A DNA stretch of 64,000 nt from Occultella glacieicola (GTDB taxonomy: Bacteria > Actinomycetota > Actinomycetes > Actinomycetales > Beutenbergiaceae). Shown here piece after piece: positions 18,254 to 27,984 of the stretch. Location of the stretch: positions 186,001 to 250,000 of the forward strand of contig NZ_SMNA01000007.1 of the NCBI RefSeq assembly GCF_004353825.1. Direction: 5' to 3'. The notes under the pieces are model-generated. The model was not told where the DNA came from. It saw only the letters and a program-made list of their open reading frames with translations, and did no database searches. Position 1 is the stretch's first letter, and every line of letters begins with the position of its first letter. The translations under genes and the position numbers were made by a program.

Positions 18254-19231
18254 ATGATCACGCTCCAGGACCTGCGGAAGGTCTACGCGACCCGCAGCGG
18301 CGAGGTCGTGGCACTCGACGGCATCAGCCTGGAGATCCCCCAGGGGCAGATCCACGGCATCGTCGGACAGTCCGGCGCCGGCAAGTCCACGCTGATCCGG
18401 TGCCTGACCGCGCTCGAGCGGCCCACCACCGGGTCCGTGGTCGTCGACGGCGCCGAGGTGAGCGTGCTCAGCGAGACGCAGCTGCGGCGGGCCCGGCGCC
18501 GGATCGGGATGGTGTTCCAGCACGTCAACCTGTTCGAGGCGCGCACCGCGGCGGCGAACATCGCCTACCCGCTCGCCGTCGCCGGTGTGCCCCGGGCGGA
18601 GCGCGCAACCCGGGTTGCGGAACTGCTCGACCTGGTCGGGCTGGGCGGCCGCGGTGACGCCTACCCGGCGCAACTGTCCGGAGGTCAGAAGCAGCGCGTC
18701 GGCATCGCCCGGGCGCTGGCGACCGAGCCCGCGGTGCTGCTCTGCGACGAACCCACCTCGGCCCTCGACTCCGCGACCACCCGGCAGATCCTGCGGCTGA
18801 TCCGAGACGTGCGCGACCGGCTCGGTATCACGGTCGTGATCATCACCCACGAGACCTCCGTGGTGCGGGAGGTCTGCGACGCCGCCACCCTGCTCGCCGA
18901 CGGCCGGATCGTGGAGTCCGGGCCACTCGCGGACGTCGTCACCCGGCCCGGTTCGAAACTGTCCCAGGCTCTCGTTCCGGTGCCGGACGTCGGCGTGGCC
19001 GACCAGCGCACACTCGTGCAGGTGAGCGCCGGCGGTGCGCAGGCCCAGATCGCGCACGCCCTCTACGCGATCGCGACCGAGCCGGACGCGCACGTCGTCG
19101 CCGGGGCGATCGAGACCCTGGGTGGGGTCCGGGTGGGCCGGTGGCACCTGGACGTGCCCGACGGCGACCGGGCCGCCGTGCTCGGTCGGTTGCGGGCCGC
19201 AGGGCTCGCCGTCGAGGAGGACGTCGCATGA
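18254..19231 (+). CDS. metN: Methionine ABC transporter ATP-binding protein
   Basis: GQSGAGKSTLIRC, LSGGQKQRVGIARALA, LCDEPTSALD, NIL-like tail. Confidence 0.9.
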   Translation: MITLQDLRKVYATRSGEVVALDGISLEIPQGQIHGIVGQSGAGKSTLIRCLTALERPTTGSVVVDGAEVSVLSETQLRRARRRIGMVFQHVNLFEARTAAANIAYPLAVAGVPRAERATRVAELLDLVGLGGRGDAYPAQLSGGQKQRVGIARALATEPAVLLCDEPTSALDSATTRQILRLIRDVRDRLGITVVIITHETSVVREVCDAATLLADGRIVESGPLADVVTRPGSKLSQALVPVPDVGVADQRTLVQVSAGGAQAQIAHALYAIATEPDAHVVAGAIETLGGVRVGRWHLDVPDGDRAAVLGRLRAAGLAVEEDVA

Positions 19232-19905
19232 GTTGGTGGGACGAGTTGCTCGCGAACCCCGCGATCACCGAGAAGCTGCCCGAAGCCACGCTCGAGACGC
19301 TCGGCATGGTCGTGTTCTCGTCCTTCTGGACCGCGCTGGTGGGCCTGCCGCTCGGGCTGGTCCTGCACGCCACCGGCAAGGGCGGCACCCGCCCGGTTCC
19401 GGTGCTGTACGCGGTGCTCTCCGCCGTGGTGAACGTCGGACGGGCGATCCCGTTCATCATCCTGATCATCCTACTGATCCCGGTGACCCGGGCGGTGGTC
19501 GGCACCCCGCTCGGCTGGCAGGCGGCGGTGCTGCCGTTGGCCGTGGGCGCCGTGCCGTTCTACGCCCGGCTGGTGGAGACCTCCGCCCGGGAGGTCGCTC
19601 CCGGCAAGATCGAGGCGGCCCTCATGGTCGGCGCCTCCCGGCTGCGGATGACCGGGGGAGTGATCGTCCGGGAGGCGCTGCCGTCCCTGATCGCGGGGTT
19701 CACCGTGACCATGATCGCGCTGGTCGGATACTCCGCTATGGCCGGTGCGGTCGGCGGCGGCGGGCTCGGCTTCCTCGCGATCACCTACGGCTACCAACGC
19801 TTCGACGTCGCCGTGATGTTCGCTGCCGTGATCGTCATCCTCGCGATCGTCTTCCTCATCCAGTTCCTCGGTGACCGGGCCGCCCGGCTCGTCGATCACC
19901 GCTGA
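19228..19905 (+). CDS. metI: Methionine ABC transporter permease
   Basis: GRAIPFIIL, PFYARLVE, GYSAMAGAVGGGGLG, YGYQRF. Confidence 0.92.
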   Translation: MSWWDELLANPAITEKLPEATLETLGMVVFSSFWTALVGLPLGLVLHATGKGGTRPVPVLYAVLSAVVNVGRAIPFIILIILLIPVTRAVVGTPLGWQAAVLPLAVGAVPFYARLVETSAREVAPGKIEAALMVGASRLRMTGGVIVREALPSLIAGFTVTMIALVGYSAMAGAVGGGGLGFLAITYGYQRFDVAVMFAAVIVILAIVFLIQFLGDRAARLVDHR

Positions 19906-19961
19906 CCACCCATCTGACACACCATCGCTGACCCCGCGACAACCCACCGAAAGGGACCCCC

Positions 19962-20816
19962 ATGCGAACCCCGCGCAGAACCTCCAGAGCCATTCTGGCC
20001 GCCTCCACCCTCACCGTGGCAGGCCTCACGCTGGCCGCCTGCGGCGGTGGCGACGCCGGCTCCGGCGACGACGAGAGCGCCGGCTCGGACGGCCACATCA
20101 CCATCGGGGCCTCCCCGACCCCGCACGCCGAGATCCTCGAGTTCGTGCAGGAGAACCTCGCCGCGGATGCGGGACTCGAGCTCGAGATCGTCACCTATGA
20201 CGACTACGTACTGCCGAACACGGCGCTGTCCGAGGGCGACCTGGACGCCAACTACTTCCAGCACCTGCCCTACTTCGAGGAGCAGGTCGCGTCCCAGGGG
20301 TTCGACTTCGACCATTTCGAGGGCGTGCACATCGAGCCGTTCGCGGTCTACTCCGAGACGCTCACGGACATCGCGGACCTGCCCCAGGGCGCGCAGATCG
20401 GGATCCCGAACGATCCATCGAACCAGGGCCGTGCGCTGGACCTGCTCGCGCAGGCGGGAGTGATCACGCTGAGCGCGGATGACGCCGCGACCGCCGGGAT
20501 CGCCGACGTCGACGAGAACGAGCTCGGCCTCGAGTTCATCGAGGCGGACGCCGCCTCGCTGGTGCGGACGCTGCAGGACGTCGACGCCGCGGTCATCAAC
20601 GGCAACTTCGCCCTCGAGGGTGGCCTGAACCCGGCCGAGGACTCGCTGGTCATCGAGGACGGCGAGGGCAACCCCTACGCCAACTTCGTGGCGGTGCGCT
20701 CCGAGGACATCGACGACCCCGACCTGGTCGCGCTCGACGAGCTGCTCCACTCCGACGAGGTGCGGGCCTTCATCGAGGAGACCTGGCCGGCCGGGGAGAT
20801 CATCCCCGCGTTCTGA
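19962..20816 (+). CDS. metQ: MetQ/NlpA substrate-binding lipoprotein
   Basis: Lipobox LAAC; PHAEIL, DANYFQH.PY, PND.SNQGRAL. Confidence 0.92.
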   Translation: MRTPRRTSRAILAASTLTVAGLTLAACGGGDAGSGDDESAGSDGHITIGASPTPHAEILEFVQENLAADAGLELEIVTYDDYVLPNTALSEGDLDANYFQHLPYFEEQVASQGFDFDHFEGVHIEPFAVYSETLTDIADLPQGAQIGIPNDPSNQGRALDLLAQAGVITLSADDAATAGIADVDENELGLEFIEADAASLVRTLQDVDAAVINGNFALEGGLNPAEDSLVIEDGEGNPYANFVAVRSEDIDDPDLVALDELLHSDEVRAFIEETWPAGEIIPAF

Positions 20817-20831
20817 GCACGTAGCCCCTGC

Positions 20832-20870
20832 CGACCGCGGCCCCCGGGACCAACCCGGGGGCCGCGGTCG
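20832..20870. terminator. Hairpin between convergent genes
   Basis: cgaccgcggcccccggg-accaa-cccgggggccgcggtcg, 17-bp perfect stem. Confidence 0.75.
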
Positions 20871-20882
20871 TCCATCGGCCGC

Positions 20883-21689
20883 TCAGACCAGCCGCGAGCG
20901 GGCGCTCGCGACCTCGGCCACCAGCCCCAGCAGCCGGTCACTGCCGTCGGGCATCCCGGCGGCGTCGAGGCCGCAGACGGGAACCCGGTCCACGCCCACC
21001 GCGAGATAGGGGCGCACCGCCGCCTCGATGTGCTCCGCGGAGGCGTCGACCGGGACGTTCACCGTCATGGTGACCTCGAACGCACCGGCGCGCTCGCGTG
21101 CCTCGGTGGCCACGCGGACGCTCTCCAGCACCGCCTCCGGTGACTCGTCGCCGGCACCGAGGAGTACGCCGTCGCCCAGTTCGCCCGCGAGGGCGAGGGT
21201 TCTCGGCTTGATCGCGCCGATCAGCAGCGGCGGCGGCGGCTGTGGCGGGTACCGGAGCCGGACGTCGTCGAGGTGCACGTACTCGCCGCTGGTGGTGACG
21301 GTCTCGCCGTCGAGCAGTGCGCGCAGCGCGACCGTGTACTCACGCAGCAGGGTGAGTGGCGACTTCGCGCGGACACCGACCTGCCCCATCCAGTCGAGCA
21401 CCCCGTGTCCCACGCCCGGCAGGAACCGGCCCGGGAAGAGCCGGGAGATCGTCGCGATCTCCATGGCGGTGATCGCGACGTTGCGCAGCGGCACCGGGAT
21501 CAGCCCGATCCCGACCCGCAGGTTCTCGGTCCAGGCGAGCACGGCCGCGGCCGGCGCCACCCCGGACTCGGCGAAACAGTCCTCCCAGAGCCACAACTCG
21601 TCCAGGCCCGCGGAATCGGCGGCCATGGCCACGTCACGCAGGCGCTCGGGTGGCTGGTCGGGCGGGAACACGATGCCGAAAGAGGTCAT
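20883..21689 (-). CDS. LLM-class flavin-dependent oxidoreductase
   Basis: GLDELWLWED, GRFLPGVGHG, LAGELGDG. Confidence 0.88.
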   Translation of the reverse strand: MTSFGIVFPPDQPPERLRDVAMAADSAGLDELWLWEDCFAESGVAPAAAVLAWTENLRVGIGLIPVPLRNVAITAMEIATISRLFPGRFLPGVGHGVLDWMGQVGVRAKSPLTLLREYTVALRALLDGETVTTSGEYVHLDDVRLRYPPQPPPPLLIGAIKPRTLALAGELGDGVLLGAGDESPEAVLESVRVATEARERAGAFEVTMTVNVPVDASAEHIEAAVRPYLAVGVDRVPVCGLDAAGMPDGSDRLLGLVAEVASARSRLV

Positions 21690-21745
21690 GGCGCCAACCC
21701 TAGGCGGGTCCAACGACACCGACACCGGGCCGGGACCGGACGGGT

Positions 21746-22072
21746 TCAGTAGCCGGCCTCGCGGAAGGCGTCGACGACGTCCCGCGGCACCCTGCTCCGC
21801 GGCGGGATCTCGATGCCGCGCGAGCGAGCCCACTCCCGGACCGCGCGTGGATCCACCGGCGTCTCCTCGCGCACGGTGGCCGGCTCGACCACGCCGGCCC
21901 GGACCCGACGGGCAGCGGCCGCGAACGGTGCCAGGGCCGCGAGCAGAGCATCCCGGTTCGACTTGTTCAGGTCGATCTCGTACACGGTGTCCTCGAGCGA
22001 GAACCGCACGGTGTGCTGCGCCGGACCACCGTCGAGATCGTCGGTGAGTTCGGTGACTGTCCTGGTGGCCAT
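21746..22072 (-). CDS. lsr2: Lsr2-family nucleoid-associated protein (variant paralogue)
   Basis: DDLDG, TVRF, YEIDL, VREWAR..G; RSR where RGR is canonical. Confidence 0.88.
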   Translation of the reverse strand: MATRTVTELTDDLDGGPAQHTVRFSLEDTVYEIDLNKSNRDALLAALAPFAAAARRVRAGVVEPATVREETPVDPRAVREWARSRGIEIPPRSRVPRDVVDAFREAGY

Positions 22073-22156
22073 CGTGTCCTCTGATCGGCGACCTGCTGGG
22101 GGTCTCCATGCTATGTGCTGCCGGGACGCATCCCGTGCATCCCGTACTCTTGCCGC

Positions 22157-22789
22157 GTGGCCAACGACGTGGGGGCGCTGGTGAGCGTGCCGGGGATCGC
22201 GCGCTGGTTCGTGCGTACCTGGCCACGTCGGATCGCGATCGCGATGGTGGTGGTCCTCCTTCTGGTGATCGCCGCCGTCGGGGGGTTCGCGAGGGTCCCG
22301 CCGGAGCCGGTGCGGCAGGTCGCGGCCGGCGAGGTCGTGGACCTCGGCCCGTACACGGTGAGCGTCGAGTCCTTCTTCGTCTCCGACCAGGTGGACGTCT
22401 ACGGCCTGCCCGAGGAGGCCGACGCCTGGATCGGTGTGGTGATGGAGCTCGAGAACACCCAGCTCGATGGCCTGTTCGTCGACTACCAGAACTTCACCCT
22501 GGACGGTGCGCAACTGGTCGAGGCGCGGTCCACCACGGTCCTGCTGCTGGCGGACGACTCGCGGGCGAGCTTCCTGAGCCCGAACCTGCCGGTGCGGGTC
22601 GCGATGCTCTGGTCCGTGGTGGACCCGGACACGATCGGCGACGAGGTTCGGCTCTCCCTCATCGAGACCTACGAGGACACCAGTTTCCTCTTCGAGGAGA
22701 CCAGTTGGTACGTGGGGGACCGGATCGGCGTGGTCGAGGTGCCCCGGGACGATGACATCCCGCCCGCGATCGTGGACGAGGAGCCGTGA
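22157..22789 (+). CDS. Membrane-anchored hypothetical protein
   Basis: Single N-terminal TM and acidic beta-rich domain; TACTCT 6 nt before the GTG. Confidence 0.7.
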   Translation: MANDVGALVSVPGIARWFVRTWPRRIAIAMVVVLLLVIAAVGGFARVPPEPVRQVAAGEVVDLGPYTVSVESFFVSDQVDVYGLPEEADAWIGVVMELENTQLDGLFVDYQNFTLDGAQLVEARSTTVLLLADDSRASFLSPNLPVRVAMLWSVVDPDTIGDEVRLSLIETYEDTSFLFEETSWYVGDRIGVVEVPRDDDIPPAIVDEEP

Positions 22790-23367
22790 CCGGCGGCCGG
22801 GTCCCGCGTTGGGTGGTCACGGTGGTGATGCTCGCGGTCCTCGTCGGCGCCGGGCTCGGCGTCAACGCGCTCGCGGTCCAGGCCCCGCCCAACGGTCCCG
22901 CCGGCGTGCGGATGAGCCTCGGTGTGGACGCGGTGGTGCACCCGCTGCAGCTCAACGTCTCGGGAGCGCGCGCCTACGAGACGGTCCTCAGCGAGGATGA
23001 CGTCCCGCTCGAGACCGTCGGGGTCTGGGTGCTGGTGGACCTCTCCTACGCCACCACCGACCGGCCGCGCGGGCCCGGTGACTTCATCCTCGTGGACGAA
23101 CGCGGGCGCCGGTACGCCATCACGTCCCGGGACTTCGACACGTGGCAGGCCAGCCCGGACCTCTGGGTCCGCGGCACGCTGGTCTTCGAGGTGCCGCTGG
23201 ATGCGCTGGGCGACCTGACGCTCGAGTCGTGGGCGTCGGGCGAGGGTCCGCCCAGCGACACCCCGCTGCCCTACGGCGTCCTCGACTTGAGCGTCGACCC
23301 AGGCGCGATCGAGCCCGGTCCGGCGGTCATCTCCGAACCCGAACTGCTTCCGGCGGGGCAGCGATGA
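22786..23367 (+). CDS. Membrane-anchored DUF4352-like protein
   Basis: GTGA overlap; N-terminal TM; LVDERGRRY and GTLVFEVP. Confidence 0.7.
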   Translation: MTGGRVPRWVVTVVMLAVLVGAGLGVNALAVQAPPNGPAGVRMSLGVDAVVHPLQLNVSGARAYETVLSEDDVPLETVGVWVLVDLSYATTDRPRGPGDFILVDERGRRYAITSRDFDTWQASPDLWVRGTLVFEVPLDALGDLTLESWASGEGPPSDTPLPYGVLDLSVDPGAIEPGPAVISEPELLPAGQR

Positions 23368-24017
23368 GCGGACCCACGCCGAGCCTGCCGCCGTACGTGC
23401 CAGGGGGCGGTCGCGAGGACTGGATGGCGCCCGCCCGGGAGCCGTTCCCGGCCGCACCGCCGCCACTGCCGCAGCGCCGTTCGCGGCGGGCGACGGCGAT
23501 CCTCGCGGTGGTCGGGATCCTGGTCCTCGGCGCGCTCGGCTGGCGCGTGAGCGCGGAGGCCCGGGACGCCTGGTGGAACGGCGAGGCGCACGTGCCGGTG
23601 CCGGTCGACGCGAACGGCGTGGCCGAACTCGACGGCCTGCAGGTCGAACTGACCGGGGTGGAACGGCTCGACGACGGCGTGAGCACCTACGGCGATCGGT
23701 GGGAGCCGCCCGACGGCCTCGTGCTGTGGCAGGTCGGCCTGGCCGTGCAGAACACGAACACCGAGATCCTCAGCCTTGACGTGCTCGTCCAGGACACCGA
23801 GGGCAGGCGGTTCGAGACGGGCAGCGAGGTGCCGTACGGCGTGGACGGGGTCCAGGACTCGCTCGAGGTCGCCCCGCCGGAACCCGGGGACGATCCCCTG
23901 CCCGACGTGCAGTACCTCCTCGTCCTGATGCCGCAGGACGCCGAACCCGCGGCCGTGCGCCTCGAGTCGACCTGGAGCCTGGCCCCGGACTATTTCAGGC
24001 TGCCCGTGACCCAGTGA
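23364..24017 (+). CDS. Membrane-anchored hypothetical protein
   Basis: ATGA overlap; one TM; VQDTEGRRF resembles the preceding protein. Confidence 0.7.
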   Translation: MSGPTPSLPPYVPGGGREDWMAPAREPFPAAPPPLPQRRSRRATAILAVVGILVLGALGWRVSAEARDAWWNGEAHVPVPVDANGVAELDGLQVELTGVERLDDGVSTYGDRWEPPDGLVLWQVGLAVQNTNTEILSLDVLVQDTEGRRFETGSEVPYGVDGVQDSLEVAPPEPGDDPLPDVQYLLVLMPQDAEPAAVRLESTWSLAPDYFRLPVTQ

Positions 24018-25468
24018 CCCACCTGGTGGGTCCCCGCCGGGACGGGTCGCGCCGGAGGCGCCTCGATGTCCGACGGCGGCCGGTCGCCCGGGTCCGGGGC
24101 GGCACCCGGGTGCGTCCCGGGGTGGGAGCCGGCGAGGGCGGCGGGGGTCGCCGACCGCCGGGGCAGCGGCAGCCGGAGTGAGGGGTTCGCGCCGTAGCGC
24201 TGCAGGAGCGCGTCGGCGGCCGCGGCGAGCAGGGCCGCCGAGACCATCAGCACCAGGATCTCGGCGATCACGTCCAGCGGGTCCCAGAGGGCGAACCAAC
24301 CGAGCGCGGTGATGTTCCCGGCGATCAACCGGGCGACGCCCCAGACCAGGTAGGGGATCTGGGTGATCAGGACGTAGCCGAGGCAGAACACCAGCACGGT
24401 GACCCAGCCGGCCCGCACGATCATCGCCATGCCCCCGATCAGGGCGCCGAACCGGCCGTTCGGTTCGGCGAGTGCGTGCCACGCCCTGGTGATGGTGGTG
24501 TCACCGAAGCGCCGGGTCACCCGGTTCAGCAGCGGGGCGCGGCCACCGACGCGGGCCACCTCGTCGTCGGCGATCACGTCGGTGGCCTCGATCCCGTAGA
24601 TGATCGTGCCGATCGCGAGCCACGCGATCGGCACGATCAGGGCGATGCCGAGCGCTGCCCCGACCGGTTCGATCGCGCCGATGAGCCAGTCGCCGATGCC
24701 GCCGATGACCGGTAGCTCGATGCGGACGTCGGCCCAGAAGTCGGTCACCCAGTGGGTCACGGCGCGGCTGCCGAGCCACTCCACGGACCTGCCCACGAGG
24801 TCGGTGACCACGTAAGCACCGAGCACGATCCAGACCACCTCGAGGTAGCCGACGACGGCCTGCAGCGTGGTGCGCCGGGGATCCTCCCGGCCCCTCCAGT
24901 AGCGCGCGGACGTGACGAAGTAGCCACCGATGAGCCGGCCGACCAGCGCCACCGCGACGATCCCGAGGACGAGCGTGGAGGTCGAGTCCGGGATCCGGGC
25001 GGTGCCGTCGACGTCCGCGAGGTCGAACCGGGAGAAGTCGTCCTGGAGGCCGAAGTAGGTGTGGTGGCGGAGGTCGTCCTGCAGCTGGCCGCCGCTCTGG
25101 TAGACGACCAGGAACGGCACCAGCACGCTGCCGGTCGCCGCCATGATGTCGATGATCACGTGCCGCGACCGCTCCCGGCGGCGCAGGACCAGGAGCATCC
25201 CGATCACCGCGAGCATGGTGCTGAACGGGACCAGGGACAGCCCGAGCATCCCCGGCACCGCCCCGAAGCGGCCGAGCCAGACGGAGAGGTCGAGCAGGTA
25301 CCAGTGCGCCGCGACCCCGGCGGTGGCGATCACGGCGAGCGGGAGCCAGTGCCGGCGAAGGAGTCGGCCCGTGGTCCGGAACAGGGACAGGCTCTCGTCG
25401 AGCAGCGATCGCTCGGGCACCGCACCCCCCTGGTCCCGGGACGTCGTGGCCGGGGTCGTCATGGGCAC
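23990..25468 (-). CDS. Multi-pass membrane protein of unknown function
   Basis: Many hydrophobic helices; directly follows the hydrolase stop. Confidence 0.75.
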   Translation of the reverse strand: MPMTTPATTSRDQGGAVPERSLLDESLSLFRTTGRLLRRHWLPLAVIATAGVAAHWYLLDLSVWLGRFGAVPGMLGLSLVPFSTMLAVIGMLLVLRRRERSRHVIIDIMAATGSVLVPFLVVYQSGGQLQDDLRHHTYFGLQDDFSRFDLADVDGTARIPDSTSTLVLGIVAVALVGRLIGGYFVTSARYWRGREDPRRTTLQAVVGYLEVVWIVLGAYVVTDLVGRSVEWLGSRAVTHWVTDFWADVRIELPVIGGIGDWLIGAIEPVGAALGIALIVPIAWLAIGTIIYGIEATDVIADDEVARVGGRAPLLNRVTRRFGDTTITRAWHALAEPNGRFGALIGGMAMIVRAGWVTVLVFCLGYVLITQIPYLVWGVARLIAGNITALGWFALWDPLDVIAEILVLMVSAALLAAAADALLQRYGANPSLRLPLPRRSATPAALAGSHPGTHPGAAPDPGDRPPSDIEAPPARPVPAGTHQVGHWVTGSLK

Positions 25469-25471
25469 ACC

Positions 25472-26494
25472 CTATCGAGGCGCCGACGGGCGGCCCGCCC
25501 CGGTCCGCAGCCGCTCCCGGAGCCAGTCGAAGGCGGTCCGCTCGAACTCGGCCCTGGCTTCGGGCCCGGAGAGGGCGAGGTCGTGCCAGCCGCCGGCGAT
25601 CCGGACCGCGGTGACGTCGGGCCCGACGCGGCCGATCCGGGTATGCATGTGCTCGACGTCGAGCACGCAGTCGGCGCCGTCGAGGTCCGCGGCGGTGGGA
25701 GCCTTCCGTGGCCCGGACCGGGCGGAGGTGCACATCAGGACGGGTTCGACGACGTCGAGGCCGCGGGCGATCCGGGCGTGACCCCGGCGGATCGCTCGCA
25801 GCCACCCGGCGTGTGCCTGCACGTCCTCGATCGGCTTCCAGGAGAGGTCGTAGTCGTGTGTACCGCCCGTCGAGACGTGCACGTGCCGGCCGTAGTCCGC
25901 ACCGAGCGTGCCGACCCTCAGGTGGGGTACGAGGGGCCCGATGAGATCCACGGCCCGGGTCGCGACCACCCGGTTGAACCAGCTCTCGTTGAGATCGAAC
26001 CACGGACTGTTCAGGACGACGGCGTCCACCGCGCCGGGGTGGTCGCTCGCGTACAGGCTCGCGATCAGTCCGCCGGTCGAGTGACCGAGCAGCACGATCG
26101 AGGTGTACCCCTCGGCGCGGATGGCGGCCAGCGCGCCGCCGATCTCCTCGTCGTAGGTGGCCAGGTCCTCGATCCACCACGGTTGCCGGCCGGGCCGGAT
26201 CGACCGGCCGTAGTCACGCAGGTCGAGCGCGAAGAAGTCGTAGCCATGCTCGGCCCAGGCCCTGGCGTGGTCGGCCTGGAAGAAGTAGTCGCAGAAGCCG
26301 TGCAGGTACAGGACCGCGACGTCGTCGGTGCGTACTGTGCCGAGCCGGCCGAGCCGGCCGAGCCGGCCGAGCCGGACCAGGGTGGCCACGGGTGGCCCGA
26401 CGCTCTGGTCGTCGGGCGCGAGCGTCATGGTCCGGGCGGTGAACTCACCGCCGAGGACGTCGGGAACCGGATCGCCGAGGCTGGTCACCGGCAC
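25472..26494 (-). CDS. Alpha/beta hydrolase (lysophospholipase-like)
   Basis: LHGFCDYF, DLRDYGRS, GHSTG, D..LD, HDLALS. Confidence 0.88.
   Translation of the reverse strand: MPVTSLGDPVPDVLGGEFTARTMTLAPDDQSVGPPVATLVRLGRLGRLGRLGTVRTDDVAVLYLHGFCDYFFQADHARAWAEHGYDFFALDLRDYGRSIRPGRQPWWIEDLATYDEEIGGALAAIRAEGYTSIVLLGHSTGGLIASLYASDHPGAVDAVVLNSPWFDLNESWFNRVVATRAVDLIGPLVPHLRVGTLGADYGRHVHVSTGGTHDYDLSWKPIEDVQAHAGWLRAIRRGHARIARGLDVVEPVLMCTSARSGPRKAPTAADLDGADCVLDVEHMHTRIGRVGPDVTAVRIAGGWHDLALSGPEARAEFERTAFDWLRERLRTGAGRPSAPR
26339..26374. repeat. 9-bp tandem repeat x4, in frame
   Basis: (gccgagccg)4 encodes (RLG)4. Confidence 0.9.
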
Positions 26495-26543
26495 ATCATC
26501 CCCCAACCGGTGCACCCTCCGGCCCGCGTCCCGACGGCTCCCC

Positions 26544-27908
26544 TCACCGGTCGGGCGTGGCGACCGCTCCGGAAACGTCGAACTGCGCGGCGTGCGCCGT
26601 CCAGCCGGACTCGGCGGGCAGGGCCCGCAGGCCGCGATTGGCCAGGGCCAGCAGCGCCGCGACCGCGCAGAGCCCGGCACAGACCGCGATGGTGGCCTCG
26701 CGCCCGACCCAGGCAAGCCCGAAGCCCGCGATCAGCGGGGCGAGCGGCATCGCACCGATCCCGAGCACCATCGAAGCGCTGTTCGCGCGCCCGAGCAGCT
26801 CGGTGGGGGTCGCGACCATGAAGTACCCCATCAGCGCGGCGTTCAGCGCGGGGACCCCGAGCACGGACACCGCGAGCACGGCCGTGATCGCCCAGACCGA
26901 GTCGACCAGGGCGAGCGTGTAGGCGCCGGCCGCCGCGATCGTGAGCCCGACGATGGTCAGCACCCCGGCCCGCACCCGCGACACCAGCATCGGCGCGGCC
27001 ACCGCACCGAGCAGCATCGCCGCCCCCGCGCCGGCCGAGACCCACCCGATCGCGGCCGGGGAGTGGCCGTCCTGCTGCAGCGCGTAGATGACGGTGGCGA
27101 GTGCGGCGTTGAACCCGAGGTTGATGATCGTGGAGACGACCAGGACGCCGCGCAGGTCGGTGCGGGAGAGCAGCCAGGCGAAACCCGCGCGCAACTCGGC
27201 GAGGGCGTTCGGTGCCGGTCCTGACACCGCCTCGGGAGCCGGTGGGTCGGCCGGGTGGGCCGGATGGGTCGGATCGGGCCCGGTGCCGGTCCTGGTCGCG
27301 CCCGGGTCCGGTGCCGACCTGCCCAGACGCCACGCGGTGATGGCCGCGACCAGGTGGCACGCCGTCATCACCACGGCGACCACCCAGGCGCCCGCGGCCA
27401 GCAGGGCGCCGCCGAGCGGGCCACCGGCGAGCTGAAGGGCGGCGTCCCGGCCCTGGTTCGCGGCCTGGGCGCGGCCCATCGCGCCGTCCGGGACGACCTC
27501 CTTCAGCGCACTCTCGCCGGCGACGTCGAAGAGGCCCGTGCGCGCGGCGAGCAGCACGGCGACGATCAGGAGGGCCAGGAACGTCAGCGCGTCGGTGAGC
27601 GCGAGCACGGTGAAGCCGCCGGCGATCATGACGCCGATCACCGACCCCAGCGTCATCAGGGCGATCCGCCGGTGCCGGTCGGCGAGCACACCACCGGCGA
27701 GCGTGGTCACGGCGCGCACCGCGAGCCCGGCGGCGCCGACGATGCCGGCGCGGGCCGGGTCGTTCGTGACCATCAGGGTCAGGAGTGGGACCGCGAAGGC
27801 GAACAGCGCCGCGGCGAGTCCCTTGCTGGTGTCGCTGATCAACCAAGTCAGGTAGCGGCGGTTGCGCCGCAGCGGCGCCGTGGAGGAGACGGCCGTGTCC
27901 GTTGTCAT
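26544..27908 (-). CDS. MFS transporter
   Basis: GVLADRHRR motif A; about 12 TM; TAGCCT 7 nt before the ATG. Confidence 0.88.
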   Translation of the reverse strand: MTTDTAVSSTAPLRRNRRYLTWLISDTSKGLAAALFAFAVPLLTLMVTNDPARAGIVGAAGLAVRAVTTLAGGVLADRHRRIALMTLGSVIGVMIAGGFTVLALTDALTFLALLIVAVLLAARTGLFDVAGESALKEVVPDGAMGRAQAANQGRDAALQLAGGPLGGALLAAGAWVVAVVMTACHLVAAITAWRLGRSAPDPGATRTGTGPDPTHPAHPADPPAPEAVSGPAPNALAELRAGFAWLLSRTDLRGVLVVSTIINLGFNAALATVIYALQQDGHSPAAIGWVSAGAGAAMLLGAVAAPMLVSRVRAGVLTIVGLTIAAAGAYTLALVDSVWAITAVLAVSVLGVPALNAALMGYFMVATPTELLGRANSASMVLGIGAMPLAPLIAGFGLAWVGREATIAVCAGLCAVAALLALANRGLRALPAESGWTAHAAQFDVSGAVATPDR

Positions 27909-27922
27909 GCGCCCAAGGCTAG

Positions 27923-27959
27923 ATGCGCAACGATGATTGCGCAATAGATATTGCGCAAT
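27923..27959. promoter_or_regulatory. Triple palindromic operator between divergent promoters
   Basis: (A/T)TGCGCAA at 27923, 27937 and 27951, exact 14-bp period. Confidence 0.7.
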
Positions 27960-27984
27960 GTTCCTTGGGGGATATGCTCGAGCC

